Positions 1 through 8,353 of a stretch of 44,120 bases of DNA are shown in pieces. A program made the translations under genes and the position numbers. The DNA comes from a virus. Under the pieces are notes generated by a model. The model saw only the letters and a list, made by a program, of their open reading frames with translations. It ran no database searches and was not told where the DNA came from. Location: the IMG/VR virus record IMGVR_UViG_3300025706_000009; one strand, given 5' to 3'. The first letter of the stretch is position 1. Every line of letters begins with the position of its first letter.

Positions 1-127
1 CCGCAGACCGAGAAGAACAAGCGCATGAGCCAGATGCTCGACATCATCGAGAGCCAGATCAACTCGGGATGGAAGGCCAAGGGCAAGGCTGTGCTCAACA
101 AGGACGACCTCTACCGCTCCGGCCAGG
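1..127. repeat. Terminal direct repeat, copy 1. Identical to 43994..44120. Consistent with an assembly overlap of a circular or permuted genome, or with true terminal redundancy.
   Basis: Read directly. The string ccgcagaccgagaagaacaagcgcatgagcc...ctctaccgctccggccagg is present at both window ends, offset 43993. Confidence 0.95.
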
Positions 128-963
128 GCCGCGTGGTCTGGATGACCGACGATGCGGAGATGACCGACGTGGAGCAGCTCCGGGGCACGGACGTCCCGCA
201 GAGCCACTTCCAGTTGCAGGAGATCCTGGACCGCGAGATCCCCGACATCGGCGGGGTGAATCAGGAGATGTTCGGGGCGCCCGAGAACGACCAGCTCGAG
301 GTGGCCGGCGTCCTGGCAAAGATGCGTATGGCTGCAGGCTTGGTGGGGCTCCAGGAGTACTTCGACAATTACCGCTTCGCCAAGCAGACCGTCGGCCTCC
401 GGCTCATCGAGGCCGTGACCAAGAACTGGACCCCGGACAAGGTCAAGCGGGTCACCGGACAGGAGCCTTCCCAGGCGTTCTACACCAAGGGCTTCGGGCG
501 CTACGACTGCGCCGTGACCGAGGGCCTGCTCACCGACACCCAGCGACAGATGTTCTACGCGGAGCTCAAGGCCATGCGGAAGGACGGCTATGCCGTGCCC
601 ATGGAGCTCCTGGTCGAATACATGCCGGTACAGCTCAATGGCGAGATCAAGAAGGCGTTGGTCAAGGCAGAGCAGCAGCAGAGCCAGCAGGCCCAGCGGC
701 AGATGCAGCTCGACGAGATCACCAAGCAGGTCATGCAGGCCACCCAGATGCTCCAGGTTGCCCAGGCCAGGGAGAAGCTGACCCAGGCAGAGGAGAACAG
801 GGCGACCGCCGCCCTGGACCGCGCCAAGGCGGCAGCGGAGATCCAGGACATCGGGGCACAGAGGGCGCTCGACCTGATCAATCTCATGTTCGAGGCCCAG
901 CAGCGCATTGAGGACCGCAACCTGCAGCGGGAACAGGCCATGCAGGCAGGGGGCGCTCAATGA
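1..963 (+). CDS. Portal protein, C-terminal part. It continues the ORF that starts at 42953 (whole protein about 667 aa).
   Basis: This frame is open from base 1 to the stop at 961-963. Through the repeat offset it is in frame with 42953..44120. Located directly after terL. The C-terminus is a Q/A-rich coiled-coil-like tail. Confidence 0.85.
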   Translation, partial: PQTEKNKRMSQMLDIIESQINSGWKAKGKAVLNKDDLYRSGQGRVVWMTDDAEMTDVEQLRGTDVPQSHFQLQEILDREIPDIGGVNQEMFGAPENDQLEVAGVLAKMRMAAGLVGLQEYFDNYRFAKQTVGLRLIEAVTKNWTPDKVKRVTGQEPSQAFYTKGFGRYDCAVTEGLLTDTQRQMFYAELKAMRKDGYAVPMELLVEYMPVQLNGEIKKALVKAEQQQSQQAQRQMQLDEITKQVMQATQMLQVAQAREKLTQAEENRATAALDRAKAAAEIQDIGAQRALDLINLMFEAQQRIEDRNLQREQAMQAGGAQ

Positions 964-1355
964 AGCATGAGATCGGCACCATCAGAGACTGTTTCGGTCA
1001 GGAGCTCATGGCCAGTATCCGCAGGGCAATGCATGAGTGCTCCCACCTGACGGAGCCCTACTACATCTACTTCTTCAACCAGAGCGACGCGATAGACCAC
1101 ACAATCCACCGCACCACGGTCAGGATCATGCGGAAGGACCAGCTCCGCAAGGTGATCCCTTATGTGGGAGGCAAGCCGGTCCCCATGCTGGGCACGGGCC
1201 TGCTCAAGGTGGACAACCAGAAGGGCAAGGCCGAGTGGGTCTGGATCCTGCCCCGGGACATCCCGCACACCCAGGGCGCAACCCCGTTCGACCAGGTAAT
1301 CGAAGAGGTGGCAAGCAGGGCATTCGCCCTGAACGTGCCCATCATAAACGCGTGA
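960..1355 (+). CDS. Hypothetical protein (131 aa)
   Basis: The ATG overlaps the portal stop (ATGA). Codon usage matches neighbouring genes. No recognisable motif. Confidence 0.6.
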   Translation: MKHEIGTIRDCFGQELMASIRRAMHECSHLTEPYYIYFFNQSDAIDHTIHRTTVRIMRKDQLRKVIPYVGGKPVPMLGTGLLKVDNQKGKAEWVWILPRDIPHTQGATPFDQVIEEVASRAFALNVPIINA

Positions 1356-1362
1356 GGTGAAC

Positions 1363-1605
1363 ATGGACAGAGTAAGGCTCGTCATAGATCGCACGGCTGC
1401 AGGGCTTCAGGACAAGGTCAACAGGGCATACGACGAGGGCTACCGGCCCGACGGCTCCTTCAACAGGACCGATGACGGCAGGTGGTTCATGCAGACCATG
1501 ACATTGCCTGAACCCAGCGTACCCGAGAGGGTGGAGCCCAAGGAGAAGGAGCCCAAGCCGAACAGGTCCAAGAAGGCTCCTGCCAAGAAGGCAGCGAAGA
1601 AGTAA
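1363..1605 (+). CDS. Small hypothetical protein with a Lys/Ala/Pro-rich basic tail (80 aa)
   Basis: ATG 1363 is preceded by tgaGGTGaac. The track ORF 1357 starts at a GTG 2 codons upstream. The C-terminus reads KEKEPKPNRSKKAPAKKAAKK. Confidence 0.6.
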   Translation: MDRVRLVIDRTAAGLQDKVNRAYDEGYRPDGSFNRTDDGRWFMQTMTLPEPSVPERVEPKEKEPKPNRSKKAPAKKAAKK

Positions 1606-1652
1606 CCCAACCCGCCGCCGGGGATAACGGGCGAACGAAAGAGAGGGCGAAA

Positions 1653-2477
1653 ATGTCAGAATCAGCGGTAGATCCGACCAGCACGGGCGTAGCAGCAGCT
1701 CCCGCCGCCGGGGATGGTGGACAGCCGGCCGCGCCGCCAGCGGCACCAACGGAACCAGGGGCCCAGCCAGCAGCGCCTGCAGACGACCTCAACCTGAGTG
1801 ATCGTGAAAGGGCGTTCCTGGAGGGATTGAGGGATGAGCGTTCAAAGAGGCAGCAGATAGAGAGGGAACTGGAGCTTGCCAGGGCAAACCATGTGCCGGG
1901 ATCGTTCCAGCCAGCTCCGTCGCAGTTTGGAGCGCCAGCGCCGCTTAACGAACCTGCCCAGCCAGCGGACCCGTTCGCTGACCTGGACGACGACGACCTC
2001 ATGACCGGTGCCGACATCAAGGCGAAAGTCGTGCCGAAGTTCATGGGGATGCTCCAGCAGATAGCCGGGGCGATAGCGGTACAGCAGCGGCAGGCTCAGT
2101 TCTCTGATGTCACCAACGACGACATCAGGACGCACATCCCCAAGATCATAGCGGAAGACCCCGCGCTCGCGCAGGTCATCAAGGTCCTTCCCGCGCCGGC
2201 ACAGTTCATCCTGGCCCAGACGCTGACAAGGTTCGCCAAGAACGCAGCGCCGAAGGCCGCTGGACTGTCACCGGAAGCGCCAAAGGCTCCTCCCGCTGCA
2301 CCGGTCGATGCCTTGAGTGAAATCGCTCGCGCAATCCTCGCCAATGCCAAGAAGCCTGGAGCACCAGGCTCCGGTGGTGGCGGGGCTCTTGACGACGTGG
2401 TGGCGCTCCTGAAGAGCATGACGCCGGAGCAGTACGAGGCGTACCGGCAGCAGAAGAAGAAGGACATGGGCCTGTAG
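1653..2477 (+). CDS. Putative scaffolding protein (274 aa)
   Basis: Lies between the portal and major capsid genes. Ala/Pro-rich, low-complexity N-terminus with charged helical segments. The call rests on position and composition only. Confidence 0.55.
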   Translation: MSESAVDPTSTGVAAAPAAGDGGQPAAPPAAPTEPGAQPAAPADDLNLSDRERAFLEGLRDERSKRQQIERELELARANHVPGSFQPAPSQFGAPAPLNEPAQPADPFADLDDDDLMTGADIKAKVVPKFMGMLQQIAGAIAVQQRQAQFSDVTNDDIRTHIPKIIAEDPALAQVIKVLPAPAQFILAQTLTRFAKNAAPKAAGLSPEAPKAPPAAPVDALSEIARAILANAKKPGAPGSGGGGALDDVVALLKSMTPEQYEAYRQQKKKDMGL

Positions 2478-2512
2478 GGGTGGGGTGAGACAGTCCGAAG
2501 GAGGACACAGAA

Positions 2513-2773
2513 ATGGAACTTACCACCACAACCGAAGTCCCCGCAGCCGTAGCGATATTCTACGACCGTGAGCTTCTGGCAAATGCAAGGGCAAAGCTCT
2601 TCCATGAGAAGTTCGCGCAGACCCGGAACCTGCCTTCCAAGTCAGGCGACACCATCAAGTTCCGCAGGTATGGCACCCTGACCACGGCCACCACGCCGCT
2701 CACCGAGGGCGTGACCCCTGCAGGGCAGAAGCTCTCCAAGACCGACCTGCTCGCCAAGGTCAGCCAGTACGGT
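2513..2773 (+). CDS. Major capsid protein, exon 1 (87 codons)
   Basis: RBS gaaGGAGGa precedes ATG 2513. The sequence ...FYDRELL...GDTIKFRRYG...LTEGVTPAG...LLAKVSQYG looks like the N-terminus of an HK97-fold (N4 gp56-like) capsid protein. Capsid-like sequence stops after QYG (codon ggt 2771-2773). The remaining 17 codons before the stop are intron sequence. Confidence 0.8.
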
Positions 2774-3449
2774 AGCCATAAAATTGCCGTACGCAAATCC
2801 TTTCTGATTTACGGGAACGCCTAAACAAGGAGATGACAATCCATGCAAGGTAACCCGAGGGAAGCGGTTCTCATCTCATATCTGGCCGGGATAATCGACG
2901 GCGAGGGCACAATCCGCATTAATCGTTGCGCTGGAGATAAAACGCTAAGGCAGCTCAAGCGGAAGAATCCTATTCATGCCGGACAAATATCGGTCGGGAT
3001 GACCTCCAAGGATGTCTGTGATCTTTTGCAGTCCGTTCTTGGTGGATCAGTGAGAGAAGAACGCGTTCCTGATGGTCGCAAGGTTATATATCGGTGGGCA
3101 ATCACGTCCAGGCCAATGGTAATCGCGGCCCTCAATAAGCTCATGCCTTATCTGATTGTGAAGAAGGAACAGGCGCAAGCTGTTTTGGAGTTTTGCGAAT
3201 ACTGGCCGGACAAGAATGTTCACCTTGCTTTGACGCCACAGGAACTACAGCGGCGTGAGGATGCGTTCTGGAAGGTTCGCAAGCTCAATGCCGTTGGAGC
3301 ACCCGCAACGACTGAGCGAAAGGACATTCGTGAGAATGAAGCGACAGTCTGAACTTATGAGAAATCATAAGAGGGGAATCGAAGCGTTCCCCCGCCTCTT
3401 TACTGAGGTCAGTAAGCCGACAGGTGACGCGGCTGAAAGTAACAGGATG
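2774..3449 (+). mobile_element. Group I intron (about 676 nt) carrying a homing endonuclease ORF
   Basis: P1: gtacggt (2767-2773) pairs with gccgtac (2786-2792), with a U-G wobble exactly at the 5' splice site. P10: exon 2 gatttt (3450-3455) pairs with the immediately adjacent aaaatt (2780-2785). The intron ends in G3449. Splicing joins frame 2 to frame 0 and restores ...SQYG|DFVYVTDW.... Confidence 0.8.
2843..3352 (+). CDS. LAGLIDADG homing endonuclease, single-motif type (169 aa)
   Basis: The motif YLAGIIDGEGT lies near the N-terminus. The size fits homodimeric I-CreI-like enzymes. RBS aaGGAGatgacaatccATG. The ORF sits inside the intervening sequence and is AT-richer than the capsid exons. 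Confidence 0.85.
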   Translation: MQGNPREAVLISYLAGIIDGEGTIRINRCAGDKTLRQLKRKNPIHAGQISVGMTSKDVCDLLQSVLGGSVREERVPDGRKVIYRWAITSRPMVIAALNKLMPYLIVKKEQAQAVLEFCEYWPDKNVHLALTPQELQRREDAFWKVRKLNAVGAPATTERKDIRENEATV

Positions 3450-4130
3450 GATTTTGTCTACGTCACCGATTGGGTCAACATGACGGTTGAGGACCCCGTT
3501 CTCACCGTGGCCCAGGAGGAGCTGGGCGACCAGGAAGGCCGCACCCGTGACGAGCTCGTCAGGGACATCCTGATTGCATCGCTCACCGCGACCCATGCGG
3601 CAGGCGGGTCCAATGGCAACACTCCGACCGAGATCACCAAGGCCGACATCGACGACCTGGTCAAGACGCTCCTGGGGGCAGACGCTGAGTTCTTCGCTCC
3701 GAAGATCACCGCTTCCACAGGGGTAGGCACGTCACCCATCAGGGACGCCTTCTGGGGCATCGCACACACCGACCTCATCGACGACCTCGAGGATGTGAGC
3801 AACTTCAAGAGCACCTCGGAGTATCCGCGCCAGGAAGGCGTGGTCGACGGCGAGTGGGGCTCGACCGGCAATGTCCGCTGGCTCGTCAGCTCGGTAGCGG
3901 CGAAGAACGAAACGCCGAACCCGGACGAGTACGACCTGCCGATCATCGGCAAGAACGCCTATGCCGTGACCGACCTCGAGAGCGGCAGCGAGAGCATCGT
4001 GAAGGCGTTCGGCAGCGGCGGCACTTCCGACCCGTTGAACCAGAGGGCCACGGCAGGCTGGAAGATGGCATTCGTAGCGCGGATCCTGAATGACAACTTC
4101 ATTCAGCTTCTGCAGGTCACCCACAGCTAA
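3450..4130 (+). CDS. Major capsid protein, exon 2 (226 codons plus stop)
   Basis: DFVYVTDWVNMTVEDPVLTVAQEELGDQEGRTRDELVRDIL... continues the capsid-like sequence. The upstream part of track ORF 3255..4130 (3255-3449) overlaps the HEG in another frame and is intron. Confidence 0.8.
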   Translation, partial: DFVYVTDWVNMTVEDPVLTVAQEELGDQEGRTRDELVRDILIASLTATHAAGGSNGNTPTEITKADIDDLVKTLLGADAEFFAPKITASTGVGTSPIRDAFWGIAHTDLIDDLEDVSNFKSTSEYPRQEGVVDGEWGSTGNVRWLVSSVAAKNETPNPDEYDLPIIGKNAYAVTDLESGSESIVKAFGSGGTSDPLNQRATAGWKMAFVARILNDNFIQLLQVTHS

Positions 4131-4158
4131 GGCCCGTAAAGGGAAGGAGGAAAAATCA

Positions 4159-4584
4159 ATGTCTCAGATAGTTGTAGGACATCTTGAATCGGACGGGAAG
4201 GCAATCAACCTGCCCCTTGGTTTCGTCCCCGACGTTGTCTTTCTGTTCAACGCCATGGCGACAGCAGGCGAGGTATTCCTCTCGGTGTGGTTCGGCGGCG
4301 AGATGGTCGACGCCGCGGAGATCCAGGCGAAGTCTCTGGCAGACAACGGTACAACCGCTGGCCTGACATGGGACTATGTCAGCTCCGGCGGCTACATCTC
4401 GGACTACACCTACGCCACCACCGCCCTCGACAAGGGCACCAGCAACGATGACGACGACCCCGTGAGGAACACCGCCCAGAAGGGCATCACCATCAGCGCG
4501 GACTTCTCCGACGACAGCGACGAGCTCTGGTACATCGCCATCGGCGCGGACAAGGTCAAGGACCACGGCGACATCAACGCGTAA
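4159..4584 (+). CDS. Hypothetical acidic protein (141 aa). A capsid-associated or decoration role is suggested by position only.
   Basis: ATG 4159 follows gggaAGGAGGaaaaatca. Asp-rich patches (NDDDDP, DFSDDSDE). Directly downstream of the capsid gene. Confidence 0.6.
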   Translation: MSQIVVGHLESDGKAINLPLGFVPDVVFLFNAMATAGEVFLSVWFGGEMVDAAEIQAKSLADNGTTAGLTWDYVSSGGYISDYTYATTALDKGTSNDDDDPVRNTAQKGITISADFSDDSDELWYIAIGADKVKDHGDINA

Positions 4585-4599
4585 CCTAACCAGGCCATG

Positions 4600-4617
4600 A
4601 GGGGGCTCCGGCCCCCT
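4600..4617 (+). terminator. Stem-loop after the capsid/decoration genes (possible terminator or attenuator)
   Basis: agggggc-tccg-gccccct forms a 7-bp GC stem with a 4-nt loop. The downstream tract is not U-rich, so terminator function is uncertain. Confidence 0.35.
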
Positions 4618-4640
4618 TCGGCCATAAGCGAGAGGGAGTC

Positions 4641-5048
4641 ATGAATCCTGAACTGAAGAAGAGAGACAAGGAACAGGCGGCACAGTTGAAGGAAGCGAAG
4701 AAGAGGTGGCTGAAAGAGCTGGAGGAGGAGCCCAAGGTCGAGTGCATCGTGAGGAATCACGACTTCCTCAACCAGGGCGTACCGATCGAGTTCACCTTCA
4801 GGCGGGTGAAGAAGTACAGCATAAAGGACGGCGAAACCGTCACGCTCCCGCTGTCGGTCTACCACCACATCAACTCCATGCAGGTTCCAGCCCCGGTGAC
4901 TGTCCAGGACCTCACCACCGGACAGATGAAGACCGACTTCTCCCACAAGAGGGCCAGGTTCACCGCCACGCTGACCGAGAAGGGCATCGCAAGCCTTCAG
5001 TCCATGGTGTCTGCCCCTGCTCGCAAAACCAAGGAGGCAAGCCAGTGA
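4641..5048 (+). CDS. Hypothetical protein (135 aa)
   Basis: RBS gagaGGGAGtc precedes the ATG. Charged helical N-terminus. No recognisable motif. Confidence 0.6.
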   Translation: MNPELKKRDKEQAAQLKEAKKRWLKELEEEPKVECIVRNHDFLNQGVPIEFTFRRVKKYSIKDGETVTLPLSVYHHINSMQVPAPVTVQDLTTGQMKTDFSHKRARFTATLTEKGIASLQSMVSAPARKTKEASQ

Positions 5049-5653
5049 AAAGGCTATTCAGGATAGTCATTCCTTTGCTCACCATCATGGCCGTGGCTGT
5101 CATCGCATGGTCGGCGGGGGCTCTCAGGATCAACCTGGAAGCTGTCAAGAACCCGCAGTTGCTGCTGAAGATCCTCGAGCGCATGGACTACCAGCAGGAC
5201 GACATTCTCGCGTATCTCAGCACTGACGATTACGTTCTCAGTGATCCGGGGCTGACCTATGGCAGCGCGGCTGCCAAGCTAAAGATCAGCAACACCTGGT
5301 ACATGATCAATGGCGTCATGTACTACGTCGCTTCGGCAGAAACGGCTCCGGTTGATACGATCCCTCAGAACAAGTACGGAGCCTGGGCGCTCGAGGTCGG
5401 TACGAACGGAACCATTGACGAGATCGGAGCGGCGGCAAACACCACCGGCTACGCATCGGCAGCCCTTGCAGTCGCGGGACTTCCGGCAGTTCAGACCGAC
5501 CATGCCCGTCTGGGGTACGCCACGGTCATTCATACCGGGGCAGACTTCGTGGGCGGCACAACCGAGTGGACCACGGCCGGCGTGACCGCCGTGTACGTCG
5601 ATCTCCTTCCGACCGCGAAACTGTCCAGCGACCTGATCAGCAGGGGTAAATAG
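5045..5653 (+). CDS. Hypothetical protein with an N-terminal transmembrane/signal-like helix (202 aa)
   Basis: GTG 5045 overlaps the preceding stop (GTGA). N-terminus VKRLFRIVIPLLTIMAVAVIAWSAG. The longer track ORF from 4706 overlaps the previous gene in another frame and was rejected. Confidence 0.55.
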   Translation: MKRLFRIVIPLLTIMAVAVIAWSAGALRINLEAVKNPQLLLKILERMDYQQDDILAYLSTDDYVLSDPGLTYGSAAAKLKISNTWYMINGVMYYVASAETAPVDTIPQNKYGAWALEVGTNGTIDEIGAAANTTGYASAALAVAGLPAVQTDHARLGYATVIHTGADFVGGTTEWTTAGVTAVYVDLLPTAKLSSDLISRGK

Positions 5654-5654
5654 C

Positions 5655-6302
5655 ATGTACGAGTGGGACCTGACAGCCATACGGAGCAAGGTTCGATCCA
5701 TCACGGGCTACCTGTCCACCGGACAGATGGCAGATGGAACCATCGACGGCCACATCAACCAGGCCTACTGCAACGAGCTCCCGCGGCTGTTGGGTCACAC
5801 TCAGTTTCATGCATGGTTCACGTTCGACACCGTTGCCAGCACCGGAGAGTACACCATCGACGACCTGGCCAGCGACGACGGGGCGAACATCATCGCCTTC
5901 GACGGCAGCTATATCACCGTCGACGATGCAGACGCCTCGGTCTACTACGACAGGGCGGCATTCTTCGCCATCTGGCCGGAGGGTGAAACCTATACCGAAG
6001 GCACACCTACCGACATTCTCATCGAGGGCAGGAAGATCTGGCTCCGAACAATCCCGGACGACGCATACGAGGTCAAGATCCCCGTCACCCGGAAGTGCCC
6101 GGAGGCCCTCGAAGAAGCAACAGACAAGCCGCTCGACCCATCATGGGGGCCTCTTATCGCCTTCATAGCGTCAGAGATCATCCTCCTGGAGAAGGGCAGG
6201 GATGTTTCCGCGGCAGAGGCAGGCAAGCGGTATTACCTATCACTGGCCGGATACGATGCTGCTCACCGGCTCAGTGGCCAGCGAGCGGCTCCGAGGTGGT
6301 GA
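5655..6302 (+). CDS. Putative virion structural protein, possibly a head-tail adaptor (215 aa)
   Basis: Size and position resemble adaptor genes of podoviruses. The N-terminus ...IRSKVRSITGY... is typical of such proteins. Weak, by-eye call. Confidence 0.35.
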   Translation: MYEWDLTAIRSKVRSITGYLSTGQMADGTIDGHINQAYCNELPRLLGHTQFHAWFTFDTVASTGEYTIDDLASDDGANIIAFDGSYITVDDADASVYYDRAAFFAIWPEGETYTEGTPTDILIEGRKIWLRTIPDDAYEVKIPVTRKCPEALEEATDKPLDPSWGPLIAFIASEIILLEKGRDVSAAEAGKRYYLSLAGYDAAHRLSGQRAAPRW

Positions 6303-6868
6303 TGATGACAAAGCGATTCCTCCAGGCTTTCAAGGACATCATAGGGCTCGAAGGCGGGTATGGAGCAGATCCGGACGATAAAGGCAACTGGACAGGCGGG
6401 GAGATCGGCAAGGGCGAGCTCAAGGGCACGAAGTACGGCCTTTCCGCTGCCAGGTATCCAAGCCTTGACATCAAGAGCCTCACCTTACAGGACGCCGAGG
6501 CCATCTACTTTATGGATTGGTGGGCTCCGCTTAAGCTTGATGACATCACTGACGAGCAGATCGCGTTTGAGCTGTTCGACACATCGGTCAACTGTGGAGC
6601 AGCTCCGGCCATCCGGATCGCCCAGCGAGCCCTTCGGTTCCTCGGGGAGCATATCGACCCAGACGGAAAGATGGGGCCTGACACCCTTGGAAAGATCAAC
6701 AAATGGTGCATCAAGGACGCCATGAGCCTGCATAAGGCTCTCAATGGTTATCAGTTCATGAAATACGCGGCCATCGTGGAAGCAGCCCTACAGGATCCGA
6801 AGAACCCAAGCGAGAAGTACGGTCATGGATGGCTGAAGAGAATCCAATACTACAGGAGGGCCGCCTGA
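6302..6868 (+). CDS. Endolysin: GH108-type muramidase N-domain plus a PG_binding_3-like C-domain (188 aa)
   Basis: Motifs GLEGGYGADPDDKGNWTGG...KYGLSA...AEAIYFMDWW...FDTSVNCG...DGKMGPDTLGKIN match the GH108/PF09374 pattern from memory. The ATG overlaps the upstream stop. Confidence 0.8.
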   Translation: MMTKRFLQAFKDIIGLEGGYGADPDDKGNWTGGEIGKGELKGTKYGLSAARYPSLDIKSLTLQDAEAIYFMDWWAPLKLDDITDEQIAFELFDTSVNCGAAPAIRIAQRALRFLGEHIDPDGKMGPDTLGKINKWCIKDAMSLHKALNGYQFMKYAAIVEAALQDPKNPSEKYGHGWLKRIQYYRRAA

Positions 6869-7149
6869 TGGCCATAGATCCCGAAATCGTCGGCACCGTG
6901 ATAGGCAGCGCCATCGTGGTCATCGGGTTTGGCGGTAAGTACATCCACACGAAGTACAGTGCCACGACGAAGAAGGACAATGGGAACGGTGGCCCTCGAT
7001 TCTGTGCGGAGCATCACCACATGGTCGAGTCGGTCACGAAGTTATGCGGCGAAGTCAAGGATGGATTCGGCGACATGCACGACAAGATCAACGCAACAAG
7101 AGAGGCCGTGGCCAGGATCGAGGGCATGTTGCAGCGAGACAGAAACTGA
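6868..7149 (+). CDS. Small membrane protein in the lysis cassette, candidate holin or i-spanin-like (93 aa)
   Basis: The ATG overlaps the endolysin stop (TGATG). One N-terminal TM segment (IVGTVIGSAIVVIGFGG) followed by a charged helical tail. Confidence 0.5.
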   Translation: MAIDPEIVGTVIGSAIVVIGFGGKYIHTKYSATTKKDNGNGGPRFCAEHHHMVESVTKLCGEVKDGFGDMHDKINATREAVARIEGMLQRDRN

Positions 7150-7160
7150 AGAGGTGAACC

Positions 7161-7472
7161 ATGAAACAGGAAGACCGCAAGGCTATCAGGCTGTTCTACC
7201 AGACGCTGCTTTCAGGGGCATCGGCGCCCCAGCAGACCGACTTCTACTTCCGGGTGCTCAAAGGCAACCACACAAGCCGCAAGGCATGGCTGATCGAGAA
7301 CCAGGAGCTGCTTAACGTGCCCCCGGAGCTGGCCATCATCATCATGAACCTGGACGAGCTCACCAAGGAGGACCTGGCCGTCATCGCGGCTGCCCAGGCT
7401 GCCCCCGTGGCTGAGAAGGTCATCAACAGCATCTGGGCCTGGAAAATATGGCCATGGAACTGGCTGAAATGA
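7161..7472 (+). CDS. Hypothetical protein with a Trp-rich amphipathic C-terminus (103 aa)
   Basis: RBS gaGGTGAacc precedes the ATG. The C-terminus reads INSIWAWKIWPWNWLK. Confidence 0.6.
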   Translation: MKQEDRKAIRLFYQTLLSGASAPQQTDFYFRVLKGNHTSRKAWLIENQELLNVPPELAIIIMNLDELTKEDLAVIAAAQAAPVAEKVINSIWAWKIWPWNWLK

Positions 7473-7509
7473 CCTCGGGGAAGCGAGAAGGGAGAGGGTG
7501 AGGGAGATC

Positions 7510-7920
7510 ATGGCCAAGGCAGAGAAGAAGGCCTATTTCATCAGCGAGCTTGAAGTAAGGCTCGCCAAGGGCGACGGCATCTGGGAGCTCGAAGCTCCGC
7601 TTGCCTACTGGTCCCCCCTGGTGGGAAGGATTCAGGTGCCTGCTGGCTTTCAGACCGACTTTGCCAGCGTTCCAAGGGTGCCCATAGCATACTGGCTGTA
7701 CGGCGCACGGGCGCACCGGGAAGGCGTGATCCATGACTACCTATTCCGCAAGGACTGCGTGGGCTCCTGCAGGATCAGCTTCATGGACGCCAACAAGGTA
7801 TTCCTCGAAGCCATGACGGCCAGAGAGAAGCCCTTCTATGTCAAGTACCCGATGTACGCGGCCGTGTGCGCCTTCAGCTACCCGTGTTTTCACAAAAGAA
7901 AAGTCTTCGACAAACTGTAA
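7510..7920 (+). CDS. DUF1353-like protein (136 aa)
   Basis: The pattern VPAGFQTDFASVPR...HDYLF...ANKVFLEAM matches the DUF1353 signature as I recall it. ATG 7510 follows a gggagagggtgagggag purine tract. Confidence 0.6.
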   Translation: MAKAEKKAYFISELEVRLAKGDGIWELEAPLAYWSPLVGRIQVPAGFQTDFASVPRVPIAYWLYGARAHREGVIHDYLFRKDCVGSCRISFMDANKVFLEAMTAREKPFYVKYPMYAAVCAFSYPCFHKRKVFDKL

Positions 7921-7936
7921 CAGGAGGAGAGAAACC

Positions 7937-8353
7937 ATGAAGAAGGAAAGGACACTCATCATATCACTAGCCGCCCTGGTGGTGGGCATCATCGCCATGG
8001 TTTCCACCCTCCAGGCGTTCACCAACGCGGTCGAGTACAAGGAGTTCACAACGACCGGGGCAAGCTCCACGGCAGGAACGACATTCCAGGGCGACGTCCT
8101 GGTCTGCGCCTACAACACGACCGGAGGCTCCTTCTCCGGCACGGTCAAGGTTCAACTTTACCACACCCTCGGAGATGGCAGCGGAGAATGGATCGACACC
8201 GGCGACACCTTCACGGGCGAAGCCTGTAAGATCCTTGAGGTCCCCGAGAACGGCGTGAAGCTCCGGGCGTATGCCACGGTATCGAGCGGATCTATCCGGG
8301 TGAGAATGTCCCAGGAATACCCCCCAAGGGTCAGGACTCAGGGAGGTAAGTAA
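7937..8353 (+). CDS. Hypothetical protein with an N-terminal signal/anchor (138 aa)
   Basis: RBS cAGGAGGagagaaacc precedes the ATG. N-terminus MKKERTLIISLAALVVGIIAMVSTLQA, followed by a Thr/Gly-rich beta-type domain. Confidence 0.6.
   Translation: MKKERTLIISLAALVVGIIAMVSTLQAFTNAVEYKEFTTTGASSTAGTTFQGDVLVCAYNTTGGSFSGTVKVQLYHTLGDGSGEWIDTGDTFTGEACKILEVPENGVKLRAYATVSSGSIRVRMSQEYPPRVRTQGGK

Noticed and set aside
69-911. 280-aa alternative-frame ORF inside the portal gene and other nested ORFs in GC-rich genes
   Set aside because: It is an off-frame ORF with Arg/Gly/Pro-rich translation inside a well-supported gene, and has no independent signals.
2774-3449. Intein as an explanation for the capsid interruption
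   Set aside because: The insert contains stop codons in the capsid frame (TAA at 2822). The endonuclease has its own SD and ATG. The downstream exon is in a different frame. An in-frame protein-splicing element is therefore impossible.
3255-3449. N-terminal 65 codons of track ORF 3255..4130 as part of the capsid protein
   Set aside because: This part overlaps the homing endonuclease ORF in another frame and has no capsid-like sequence. Capsid similarity begins only at DFVYVTDW (3450).
4706-5044. Long N-terminal extension of ORF 4706..5653 (315 aa)
   Set aside because: The extension overlaps gene 4641..5048 in another frame and is Arg/Pro/Gly-rich. The hydrophobic N-terminus starting at GTG 5045 is translationally coupled to the upstream stop.
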